Shown here in pieces: positions 42,717-51,026 of a stretch of DNA of 64,000 nt; the stretch's first letter is position 1; the number at the start of each line of letters is the position of its first letter. The notes beneath the pieces were generated by a model. The model was not told the DNA's origin and made no database searches. It saw only the letters and a program-made list of their open reading frames with translations. A program made the translations under genes and the position numbers. The stretch spans positions 2,532-66,531 of the forward strand of contig JAIVYN010000001.1 of the NCBI GenBank assembly GCA_048635425.1, in the 5' to 3' direction. The stretch comes from Candidatus Aegiribacteria sp. (GTDB lineage: Bacteria > Planctomycetota > Phycisphaerae > Sedimentisphaerales > Anaerobacaceae).

Positions 42717-43036
42717 TTAGGTGCTCCTGAACGATTTTTTACTGTCGTAGCTCTGAAATAATAAACAAAAAAGGCATCAACCCGCCGTTTTGCTTCGCTT
42801 GCACCTGCGGTAACGCCGGTGCAGGCGCCAAAGCGAAGCAGCGGGCTTTAGCCAAGTTTTCACGATTTCCAATCCGGCTCCAATTGACCTTAGGCTCACG
42901 CCTAATTGGTGCTGGACTCAAACATATCGGCAACCAACGCCAAACTACCCGTTAGCCGGTATCTCACCGATACTATAAGGTTCCTTAAACGCTAAAGAAA
43001 CGTTTGCAGGCCCCTATCCTTGGGAAAACTCCTTAA

Positions 43037-43108
43037 AGCGGGCGATGAGATTTGAACTCACGACATTCACGTTGGCAACGTGACGCTCTACCACTGAGCT
43101 ACGCCCGC
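43037..43108 (-). tRNA. tRNA-Gly (anticodon GCC)
   Basis: Reverse complement: GCGGGCGTAGCTCAGTGGTAGAGCGTCACGTTGCCAACGTGAATGTCGTGAGTTCAAATCTCATCGCCCGCT. The cloverleaf checks out by hand. Confidence 0.9.
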
Positions 43109-43356
43109 ATATTCGTATCTCGTCGCTCGTATTTGGAGATACAGTCTAATAATTATAAGGGCTCTTATCGGCTATGCAAGGGGTTTTTTACAAAATTTTT
43201 GGTGTTTGTACCGGCGGGATCGTTGCTAACTGATGATAATCACATGCTAAAAAGCTTGGGATATTTCCTGTCTTGCCTTATACGAAACAGTCTTCTAAAA
43301 ATCTAAAAAATGAGGTTTTTTGGAAAAGATTAGATTGCGGTTGTTTTTTACAGATA

Positions 43357-43365
43357 TGGTATAAT
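43357..43365 (+). promoter_or_regulatory. Extended -10 element (TGgTATAAT) upstream of pcm
   Basis: TGGTATAAT read directly, about 85 nt upstream of the pcm ATG at 43452. Confidence 0.4.
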
Positions 43366-43451
43366 ATTAGCTGTTGCTGGACGTTGTGTTATTAAAAACA
43401 TCGGCCAATTCTCGATCGGAAATTGGAGAACGCAAATTGGAGGGATAGAAA

Positions 43452-44366
43452 ATGGCTGCAAAAAATCCGGGACAGCTCAAAAAGTGGATGTATGTGGCCC
43501 TTTGTTTGCTGATAGTACCGGCGTTATTTACAATTATCTTTACGGTGAACTGTGCAAAGGAGCCGGAGCCTGTTGTAGCTTCGCAAGAGACAGAAGCAGA
43601 TGCCAGTAAGTCACCTGTCGAACCGAACCAGCAGGCAGAGCAGGAGCCAAAAGACCCGAACGATAAAGAGCTGCTGCATCTCGCCCATAAGCATCCGGCT
43701 TTTGCCGAGCGCATCGAAGAGCGGACAAAAATGGTTGCCTGGCAAATCCAGGCCAGGGATGTTAAAGACCCCAATGTATTAAAGGCGATGCGAATCGTGC
43801 CCCGCCACGCCTTCATCCGGTTCTCCGAGCAGCGCTATGCCTATGCCGACCATCCACTGCCCATCGGCTTTGACCAGACAATAAGTCAGCCGTACATCGT
43901 GGCCTTTATGACCGAGGCCTTACAGTTAAAGCCCGATTCCAAAGTCTTGGAGATAGGCACCGGTTCCGGCTATCAGGCCGCGGTGTGCGCCGAGATTGCA
44001 AAAGAGGTCTATACTATCGAGATTGTCGAAGGGCTTGCAAAGAGGGCCGAAAAGTGCCTGAAGGAGCTCGGCTACCCGAACGTATTCGTCAGGTTCGGTG
44101 ATGGATTTTTCGGCTGGCCGGATGTGGCCCCGTTTGACGCCATCATCGGAACGGCCGCTGCGGGACGCATACCTGAACCGCTGCTCGAGCAGTTAAAGCC
44201 GGGCGGCAGGATGATACTGCCTTACGGCCGTCCATGGGATTTTCAGTACCTGGTCTTAATAACAAAAGACCAGAAGGGTAATATCAGCAGGAAGAATGTA
44301 ATGCCCGTTCGATTCGTCCCTATGACCGGAGAGGTAATGAAACCAGAAAAAAAGTCTGAAAAATAA
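43452..44366 (+). CDS. pcm: Protein-L-isoaspartate O-methyltransferase with N-terminal anchor and linker
   Basis: 304 aa with TISQPYIVAFMTE and VLEIGTGSGYQAAV. N-terminal TM helix plus an acidic low-complexity linker. Confidence 0.85.
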   Translation: MAAKNPGQLKKWMYVALCLLIVPALFTIIFTVNCAKEPEPVVASQETEADASKSPVEPNQQAEQEPKDPNDKELLHLAHKHPAFAERIEERTKMVAWQIQARDVKDPNVLKAMRIVPRHAFIRFSEQRYAYADHPLPIGFDQTISQPYIVAFMTEALQLKPDSKVLEIGTGSGYQAAVCAEIAKEVYTIEIVEGLAKRAEKCLKELGYPNVFVRFGDGFFGWPDVAPFDAIIGTAAAGRIPEPLLEQLKPGGRMILPYGRPWDFQYLVLITKDQKGNISRKNVMPVRFVPMTGEVMKPEKKSEK

Positions 44367-44384
44367 CTCGTTGCAAAGACTTCT

Positions 44385-44729
44385 TTAACAGGTCAGGTGC
44401 AGGGCGGCGGCAATTTTGACGTTGGTTTGCGATAGTTCATTAAATCGTTCGACGGCCCTGGCCGTATCAACCGCTTCCAACTGGATGTCCTCTTCCAGTA
44501 AAAAGTGGCGGGTCTCATTCGGGATTTTCATCAGCCCTGATGCACCGCAGCCGACTATTAACACGGTCGGCTTAGCTTTAATGACAGGCTGCAAATCCTC
44601 CGCAGATAACAGATGCCCTTGCTTTCTCCACCAGTTGGCCTGAACGATTCCATCAAGAATTAAACAATCTTTACTGTAATCTACCCCGTCAATGACGATT
44701 TTGCCGAATTGATATGAATCGATGTGCAT
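44385..44729 (-). CDS. Mth938-like (DUF498) domain protein
   Basis: 114 aa. MHIDSYQFGKIVIDGVDYSKDCLI...VLIVGCGASG matches the pattern of this small family. Confidence 0.6.
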   Translation of the reverse strand: MHIDSYQFGKIVIDGVDYSKDCLILDGIVQANWWRKQGHLLSAEDLQPVIKAKPTVLIVGCGASGLMKIPNETRHFLLEEDIQLEAVDTARAVERFNELSQTNVKIAAALHLTC

Positions 44730-44954
44730 ATTTTTGCCTGACCTTTTTTTAATCTAATATTACACCCGTTCCATAAGTAACTTTACAACAGCATTCCATA
44801 CATATAGCACAAAAGCGGTTGTGATGCTATATCTGTAAAATTTACCCTCTTGCCTTGAGTGTATAAATATGCTATCAAAAACCCATCTTTTATATCGGGT
44901 TTTTTATTGCTGTTACATCGGATTTTTTGGCTGTTATCAAATTTTTTGTCTATT

Positions 44955-45830
44955 ATGAACTCAAAGAAAACAGGCATACTGGCAATACTGGGGGCCAGTT
45001 TAATGTGGTCGCTGGAGCCTGTTTGTGCAAAACTGGCTTATACTAACTCAGATTATCTTCAAACCTCCGCCATCAGGGCGATAGTTGTTGTTTTCACTGC
45101 CCTTTTATACGTTTTTTTAACAGGAAGAAAAAAGCTTAAGATTACCAAAAATCAGTTCTCAAAAATTCTTTATATTGCAATAGCCGGGACAATGATCGGG
45201 GATTTGTTGTACTTTTTTGCCTTAACGAAAATCTCCGTGCTTAATGCAGTCCTGATAGGTCATATGCAGCCAATCTTTGTTATTTTGATAGGGTTCTTTT
45301 TATTAAAGGAAGATAAGCTGACAAGATTTGATTACATCGGCATATTAACTATGATAATTGCAGCCTTGTTTGTTACAACGAAGACGCCGGAAAATCTGTT
45401 TATGATAAAATTAGGCACGATGGGAGATATTTATGTGCTGTTGGCAACGGCGGCCTGGGCAACAACGGCTATAGTAACGAGAAAATATCTCAGAGAGCTT
45501 AATGCCGGCGTTGTTACCTTTTATAGATATTTAATCGCCTCGGTGATATTTGTTGTTTACTTATCGCTCAAATCTTCGTTGGTTCTTTCCAATATCTATC
45601 AAATCCTGGTCGGTGTTGTAGTTGGGGTGGGAACCATACTTTATTATGAAAGCATGAAGCGAATTAAGGCCGCTCAGGTTTGTTCTATGGAGCTTTCAAC
45701 GCCCTTTTTCGCGACTGTTTTTGCTTTTTTGATTTTAAGAGAGGGCGTGACAGTTATGCAGATTTCAGGGATGGTACTATTATTTGTCGGAGTTTGCTTC
45801 TTATCCAAAAAAGAAGAGGCGTACTTTTAA
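44955..45830 (+). CDS. EamA/DMT-family transporter
   Basis: Start trimmed to the ATG at 44955 (MNSKKTGILAILGASLMWSLEPV). About ten TM helices arranged as two EamA halves. Confidence 0.75.
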   Translation: MNSKKTGILAILGASLMWSLEPVCAKLAYTNSDYLQTSAIRAIVVVFTALLYVFLTGRKKLKITKNQFSKILYIAIAGTMIGDLLYFFALTKISVLNAVLIGHMQPIFVILIGFFLLKEDKLTRFDYIGILTMIIAALFVTTKTPENLFMIKLGTMGDIYVLLATAAWATTAIVTRKYLRELNAGVVTFYRYLIASVIFVVYLSLKSSLVLSNIYQILVGVVVGVGTILYYESMKRIKAAQVCSMELSTPFFATVFAFLILREGVTVMQISGMVLLFVGVCFLSKKEEAYF

Positions 45831-45882
45831 ACGTGCTATAAAAGCAGGGCAGAGTTTTTCTCTTTGTGATGTTGTAAAAAAA

Positions 45883-45967
45883 CGGAGCAGGAGGGATTCG
45901 AACCCCCGTTACCTTTCGGTAAAACGGTTTTCAAGACCGTCGCCTTCAGCCGCTCGGCCACTGCTCC
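45883..45967 (-). tRNA. tRNA-Ser (anticodon TGA)
   Basis: Reverse complement: GGAGCAGTGGCCGAGCGGCTGAAGGCGACGGTCTTGAAAACCGTTTTACCGAAAGGTAACGGGGGTTCGAATCCCTCCTGCTCCG. Long variable arm, anticodon loop CTTGAAA. Confidence 0.9.
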
Positions 45968-45990
45968 GGATTCTATAACCTATCTTGTGA

Positions 45991-46014
45991 AGGGACCCCA
46001 CTTCGTGGGAACCC
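45991..46014 (-). other. Conserved 24-nt stem-loop motif upstream of tRNA-Ser (copy 2)
   Basis: Transcribed strand: GGGUUCCCAC-GAA-GUGGGGUCCCU. Relative to copy 1, a G:C pair is replaced by A:U (both sides changed) and the loop differs. Confidence 0.4.
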
Positions 46015-46182
46015 AAGCGTATCTCGTGTCTTGAATTACTCCTCAGCCCTTATGTAAACCGGCCTGTTGAGCAATTTTCCAACTATTTTATACAGAAAAG
46101 AAGATTTTGCAAGAAATTTTAGTAGAATTGATGCCTACATCGGTGTTTGGAAAAATATTTTTTAAATTATTTTACTTTTTAG

Positions 46183-46216
46183 TTGACATTGCATAGTTTG
46201 CATAACATAATATGTT
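46183..46216 (+). promoter_or_regulatory. Candidate padR promoter with overlapping 13-nt palindrome
   Basis: TTGACA (46183-46188), 17-nt spacer, CATAAT (46206-46211). The palindrome AACATA-A-TATGTT (46204-46216) overlaps the -10. Confidence 0.4.
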
Positions 46217-46260
46217 AAACAATGTATAATATCAATCTGTGGTTACAAAAGGAGAATTTT

Positions 46261-46602
46261 ATGAAATTTGAAAGTCAACTATTAAAGGGGATTGCACCGG
46301 TGGTCGTTCTGGAGATTCTCTCTCGCGGCCCAATGTACGGCTACGAGCTCAGCCAGGCCATCGAGCAGAGGAGCGGTGACATCCTGACCCTCGGCAAAGG
46401 AACGCTGTACCCGCTGCTGTACAATCTGGAAGCAAAAAAACTCGTTAAAGGCAAGTGGGAGAAGAACCAATCCAGCCGAAAGAGAAGGTATTACTCCATC
46501 ACCAGCAAGGGCAAAGGCCAATTGGCAAAGCAAAAGGCACAGCTCAGGGAGCTGACGGCCGGCCTGAATCTCGTCTTCGGCGGAGCACTAACGCCGGCCT
46601 GA
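46261..46602 (+). CDS. PadR-family transcriptional regulator
   Basis: Start trimmed to the ATG at 46261 (AGGAGA upstream). LLKGIAPVVVLEILSRGPMYGYEL...GTLYPLLYNLEAKKLV is the PadR winged-helix signature. Confidence 0.85.
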   Translation: MKFESQLLKGIAPVVVLEILSRGPMYGYELSQAIEQRSGDILTLGKGTLYPLLYNLEAKKLVKGKWEKNQSSRKRRYYSITSKGKGQLAKQKAQLRELTAGLNLVFGGALTPA

Positions 46603-46614
46603 CCTGTTTATGTC

Positions 46615-46634
46615 ATTCCTGCGCAAGCAGGAAT
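46615..46634. repeat. GC-rich GCAA-tetraloop hairpin (ATTCCTGC-GCAA-GCAGGAAT)
   Basis: Perfect 8-bp stem read directly, in the padR-downstream spacer. The ORF-track N-terminus MSFLRKQESI is its translation. Confidence 0.5.
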
Positions 46635-46705
46635 CCATATCGGTCCCCACTTTTACCGGGCGTTTGTACAAAAAAATACGAACAACAGTAAGCGAGGTCA
46701 GCATT

Positions 46706-48529
46706 ATGGCAAAGGAAAATGGAGAAAGCGATTCACAAAATCTTCCCGCCAGTACAGTAGAGTTTATAAGGCGGGTTTTAAATAAGATGGGGTATCGCCG
46801 TAAGGTTCGTCAGGATGTGCAGGCAGAACTTACAGCGCATTTTGAAGATGAGTTTAAGGACTGCAAGACTAATGAAGAGAAGGAACAGAAAGCTCAGCAG
46901 CTAATCACCGACTTTGGTGACCTGAAGTTGCTCGCTATTCTTTTACGCCGCGCCAAAAAACGCTGCCGACCCCTCTGGCGAACGGTGGTTGCGAGGACAT
47001 TTCAAGTTGTCGGCGTGTTAATTTTATGCTTTATTCTTTACATTTTCTGGTTCTTGACCGGCAAGCCGGTTATTACCACAAACTACGTTGCCGAGCTAAA
47101 TAACATGGTGCGACCGGTAGCTGATGAATCTCTAAATGCAGCTCCATTGTACATCAAGGCGGTTGGTTTGTATGAAGAGCTGTCGGATGACTTTCTTCTT
47201 TTCTTCGCGCAGAATCAAAAGGCAATCATTGATGAGGAATTCACGCGGTTTGCAGATTTGTCCAGTAAAATTGATAGAGTGCTTTCAAATAGAAAACTTT
47301 TGAATTATCAGGAAGAAAGAAAAGATGTCCAGGACGAAGTGAACAGAGCTCTGTCCCGGTTTTTGGGAAAGAGATATGATGAGCTAACTGTTGAGCAAAC
47401 GAATATAGCCGAAAGATGGCTCCAGGAGCACAACGATGCTCTGGAGCTTATTATTGAAGGCTCTCGAAGGCCATATTACTGGAGAGCATATGAAACCAAG
47501 ACGGCGGCAGGCGGAATGATGGGTGTTCGTATGCCTAACCTTTCCGAGTTTCGTGGGTTGGCGCGTTCTCTGCGATTGCGAATTTGGTTAAATGCCGAGC
47601 AAGGTCGTTTCAAAGAGGCCTTTAACGATATAAAATCCTGTTATCGTTTTGGTCAACATCTCAGAGGGGATAAATTCTTTATTGAACAGCTTGTGGGAAT
47701 AGCTCTTGAAGCATTATCCGCTCGAACTATTCGGGAAATTGTAGGCGGATATGAAATTGACTCGACGGTATTGGCGGACTTTCAGCGTGATTTTGAGCAG
47801 ATTATCGCCGATGAAAACTTCACAATAAGCCTCAAGGCCGAGAAACTGATGATGTATGACGAGATACAAAGGTGTTTTACCTCTGACAGGATAGGCAAAG
47901 GGCATTTGTATGTGCCGAGATTCAGAAAGATAAGCGATATGTCCAGCAATTATGAAGGGGCGGGGGTTGAGCCTTTTATTTTGGATTTGGTGTATTCGGT
48001 GCCGTTTCTTTTCGGCCATCCGAACAAAGAGGAAACTTTAACATCAGTGAATGAACTTTATGATTATTATGAGCAGTTATCCCTGAAAACTGCTGCACAG
48101 ATACACACGGACAGCGACGCCATAGACGATAAGTTAAACAAACTTTCCAGCGACAATATCTTGATAGGCATACTTACTCCGGCTATCAGAAGGATATTTG
48201 AAATAAGCAATCGACTTCCTACTGACGTTGGAGCTGCTTTGACAATGAGTGCGATATTCAGATACAATGGCGATACCGGCCGGTATCCACAGAATTTGAA
48301 TCAACTGGTTACTGCTGGTTTCCTGAGGCAACTGCCGATAGACTCTTTCGGTGATAAGCCGATGGTTTACAGAAAAACTGATGACGATTTCATCCTATAC
48401 AGCATTGGTCCTGATTTCAAAGATGACGGCGGCGTATCCGGTAAGGACAGCAAAGGCCGAGTTAGACAGTGGAGAGACAATGGCGATACGGTCTTCTGGC
48501 CTCTGCCAAAACCACAGGTTAAGAAATAG
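46706..48529 (+). CDS. PadR-associated membrane protein (helical cytoplasmic prefix domain, TM, large ectodomain)
   Basis: Start trimmed to the ATG at 46706 (GAGG 8 nt upstream). The N-terminus (FIRRVLNKMGYRRKVRQDVQAELTAHFEDE...FGD) resembles the prefix/HAAS-type domains found after PadR genes. One TM helix. The C-terminus ends ...LYSIGPDFKDDGGVSGKD. Confidence 0.55.
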   Translation: MAKENGESDSQNLPASTVEFIRRVLNKMGYRRKVRQDVQAELTAHFEDEFKDCKTNEEKEQKAQQLITDFGDLKLLAILLRRAKKRCRPLWRTVVARTFQVVGVLILCFILYIFWFLTGKPVITTNYVAELNNMVRPVADESLNAAPLYIKAVGLYEELSDDFLLFFAQNQKAIIDEEFTRFADLSSKIDRVLSNRKLLNYQEERKDVQDEVNRALSRFLGKRYDELTVEQTNIAERWLQEHNDALELIIEGSRRPYYWRAYETKTAAGGMMGVRMPNLSEFRGLARSLRLRIWLNAEQGRFKEAFNDIKSCYRFGQHLRGDKFFIEQLVGIALEALSARTIREIVGGYEIDSTVLADFQRDFEQIIADENFTISLKAEKLMMYDEIQRCFTSDRIGKGHLYVPRFRKISDMSSNYEGAGVEPFILDLVYSVPFLFGHPNKEETLTSVNELYDYYEQLSLKTAAQIHTDSDAIDDKLNKLSSDNILIGILTPAIRRIFEISNRLPTDVGAALTMSAIFRYNGDTGRYPQNLNQLVTAGFLRQLPIDSFGDKPMVYRKTDDDFILYSIGPDFKDDGGVSGKDSKGRVRQWRDNGDTVFWPLPKPQVKK

Positions 48530-48778
48530 CGGCAGTTCAGAATTATATAGCCAGGAAAAAATCTTCAAAAAACCCTCTATGGTTGGCAGCCTCAAAGCCG
48601 CTTGTCTCGGCGAAGGCCAAGCCGTAGCCAGGTAAGGCTTTGGGGATGGTTTGTTGACGAGTATCGAGCATCAAGTATCGAGACAGGGAAATTCTTGAAA
48701 TTCCTTTTCAAACTTCATATCATATCCTTCACAGACTGTCTTAGTGGGTAAAACTTACCCCAATTGGGTTTTTTATAA

Positions 48779-48839
48779 CTTTAGTTCATTTTAGGCACTT
48801 TATCCGCCGCGGCGGATTTAGCTCACTTTAGGCACTTTT
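48779..48839. repeat. Partial third copy of the TTTAGGCAC word family flanking a 14-nt GC palindrome
   Basis: CTTTAGTTCATTTTAGGCACTTTA, then TCCGCCGCGGCGGA (48803-48816), then TTTAGCTCACTTTAGGCACTTTT. Confidence 0.5.
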
Positions 48840-48931
48840 GTGATTATCGGTTACTTTATATGTCTTCCGGATAGTCGTAGCATTAGAGTGCGCTGTGTAC
48901 ACAACTTTAAAATTTTTTAAAGGAGGTAACT

Positions 48932-50416
48932 ATGAGTTCTTCAAGATGTCCCTTAAAGTGCAGTTGTAATCACAATCTTAATCGGCGGCAATTTATACGC
49001 GGCTCAGCCGGATTAGTGGCGGGCTCTGTTTTGTTGCAGGGCTGTAATACATTTTCTCCAGGGCCTATGGTAACACAGAGTCCCATCCGCGCATGCGGGC
49101 CGGCCTCAAAATATGTCCCAACAATCAAGGCAGCCTTCGTCCGGCGAAAAGAAGATTACGGAATGTGGTGGCCCGGCGCGGTCTATGACGGCCGGGCCGC
49201 AAGGCAAAAGTACACCGCGCAATTGGTGGAGACAGCCAGTATGCTTGGCATCAAACTCGATTTGCGTCCTGAACCCATTTATAGCCCCGCTGAGGCCGAC
49301 GCCTGGCTGGCCGAGGCCAAGGCCGCTGAGGTCGATGGCCTGATGCTGGTGTTGCTGGACCGCCAACAGCACACCTGGCCCACAGCCCATAAGGCGGTCG
49401 ATACCGGAATCCCGACGGTCATCTTTTCGCCACTGGGCACGTCGTTTACCACCAACACAATCCGTCTGGCTGAGGCCTCCGGATGTGTGATTTATGCCAC
49501 AAACGATTTCAGCCAGGCTGCTTACGGTATGAAGATGCTCTGTGCGGCGGCCAAGATGCGCCGAGCGCGCTGCGTTGTGCTCAAGGGTAAGAAACGTTAC
49601 GATGCGCCGCTGGCGGATACGGGCATTACGCTGCGACACATCCCGGCCAAAACGTTCATCGATGAGTATAACCGAACAGAACAAGCGGAAGATATCATAG
49701 CTATGGCCGACGATTATATTCGCCGCGCTCGCAGGTTTACAGGCGCGACTCGCAGGGACGTTATCAACGGCGTCAAGAGTTACTTCGTAGCCGGCAAAAT
49801 TCTCGAAAACGAGCAGGCCGATGCGATAACGATGGATTGTCTCGGTGCCCTTGGCAAAATCGATGTGAGCCTGCCTTGTATCGCCTGGTCACGGATGAAC
49901 GATGACGGCATACCCGCAGCCTGCGAGGCCGATTATGGCGCCGTCGCCTCACATATGATTGTGCAGTATTTGTTCGACCGTCCGGGATTTCAGCAGGACC
50001 CCGTGGCCGATACTTCCGACGATTCAATAATCGGTGCGCACTGCTGCTGTGCCACAAAGCTTAAGGGTTTCGACCATAGCCCCGAACCGTTCGATCTTGT
50101 GCATCACCACGGCAACCGGGACGCGGTGCCGCGCACTCTCTGGCGCAAAGGCCAGCGGGTAACGAGCATCGATTTACTACCTGGTAACGAGAAACAGAAC
50201 CGTACAACAAGAATTCTCATCTCAGCCGGCACGGTCATTGAGAATATGGACGTACCGCCCAGTGGCGGATGCGTCGTATCGGTCAAGGTCAAATTCGACG
50301 GCGACCAGGAAGTGCTCAGCTTCCCCGGCTTTCACCAGATATTCTTCTACGGCGACTACAAGCGCCAGCTCGTGGAGTTCTGCCGACTGTTCAACTTTGA
50401 AGCTCAGGTAGTCTGA
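48932..50416 (+). CDS. Tat-signal lipoprotein of unknown function (possibly sugar-isomerase-like fold)
   Basis: 494 aa with twin-arginine motif NRRQFIRGSAG and lipobox LLQGC. It is GC-richer than its neighbours. The fold guess is weak (ACEADYGAV-type segment). Confidence 0.5.
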   Translation: MSSSRCPLKCSCNHNLNRRQFIRGSAGLVAGSVLLQGCNTFSPGPMVTQSPIRACGPASKYVPTIKAAFVRRKEDYGMWWPGAVYDGRAARQKYTAQLVETASMLGIKLDLRPEPIYSPAEADAWLAEAKAAEVDGLMLVLLDRQQHTWPTAHKAVDTGIPTVIFSPLGTSFTTNTIRLAEASGCVIYATNDFSQAAYGMKMLCAAAKMRRARCVVLKGKKRYDAPLADTGITLRHIPAKTFIDEYNRTEQAEDIIAMADDYIRRARRFTGATRRDVINGVKSYFVAGKILENEQADAITMDCLGALGKIDVSLPCIAWSRMNDDGIPAACEADYGAVASHMIVQYLFDRPGFQQDPVADTSDDSIIGAHCCCATKLKGFDHSPEPFDLVHHHGNRDAVPRTLWRKGQRVTSIDLLPGNEKQNRTTRILISAGTVIENMDVPPSGGCVVSVKVKFDGDQEVLSFPGFHQIFFYGDYKRQLVEFCRLFNFEAQVV

Positions 50417-50463
50417 TGATTCCGCTGTCGGTAGGACGGCCTAAAGTTTTTCGGCTTGTCTGG

Positions 50464-50500
50464 AAATAAAAAGCCGAGCAAGTTTTGTTTGCTTGCTCGG
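50464..50500 (-). terminator. Rho-independent terminator of rpsU
   Basis: 9-bp stem CCGAGCAAG / CTTGCTCGG (50474-50482 and 50492-50500), followed on the minus strand by CTTTTTATTT. Confidence 0.6.
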
Positions 50501-50539
50501 ATTGAATGCGACTAAAAAAGTCTTTCGCGAAAGGAATTT

Positions 50540-50722
50540 TTATGGGGGGTGGTTTATAGTTCGCTGGGCTTTACGCATACGTCGGCGATTTTTTTCTGAG
50601 GGCTTTTCGTAATAGGCCATTCTCTTCATGTCTCTGATTAAACCCTCTTTTTCACACAGCTTCTTGAAGCGTCTGATCATTTGTTGGACTGATTCGCCTG
50701 CCCGCGATTTAACTTTCAGCAT
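50540..50722 (-). CDS. rpsU: 30S ribosomal protein S21
   Basis: 60-aa basic protein. MLKVKSRAGESVQQMIRRFKKLCEKEGLIRDMKR..YYEKPSEK is the bS21 pattern. Confidence 0.9.
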   Translation of the reverse strand: MLKVKSRAGESVQQMIRRFKKLCEKEGLIRDMKRMAYYEKPSEKNRRRMRKAQRTINHPP

Positions 50723-51026
50723 AAAAAAACAAACCTTCCTGTGCTTCTTATATCAGAAGCAATCACAAAACCACAATATACTTAATTCGTCAAAAATTGT
50801 TCGTTTCATTACTCTAAACCAGATTTTGTATTTTTTCAAGTCAAAAAATGCTCACTGATAGTTTTTGTATAAAATGGCCTTTTCGCCCGATAAAATCCCA
50901 GTATTCTCCCCAAAAATCTGTAATTTTACCAAATTTTCAGGATTTCTTGAGAAATATGGGCAAATATGTTAAAATAAAGGGTCAATTACCTGCCTCCGCA
51001 GGCACAGGTTTGGAGGTATATTGTAG

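Noticed and set aside
41704-42720. 338-aa + strand ORF antisense to tig, and similar long antisense ORFs at 3530-4270, 10317-10805, 30677-31300, 51041-51661, 54712-55443 and 56826-57602
   Set aside because: Each lies fully inside a well-supported gene on the other strand. Their translations are Ser/Leu/Arg/Pro-rich low-complexity sequence, typical of antisense frames of GAA/GAG/AAG-rich genes. None has motifs or start signals.
42717-43036. Assigning the tig-upstream non-coding region to a known RNA family (RNase P, SRP, tmRNA, 6S)
   Set aside because: I could not find the diagnostic conserved motifs by eye, for example the GGAAGCAGCC-type SRP loop or the RNase P AAAGTCC box. It is left as an unassigned candidate.
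43052-43306. 84-aa + strand ORF
   Set aside because: It begins inside tRNA-Gly(GCC) on the opposite strand and runs through a heptamer tract. It is spurious.
46610-46705. ORF-track start MSFLRKQESISVPTF... for the PadR-associated protein
   Set aside because: It is a translation of the ATTCCTGC-GCAA-GCAGGAAT hairpin. A better start with GAGG lies at 46706.
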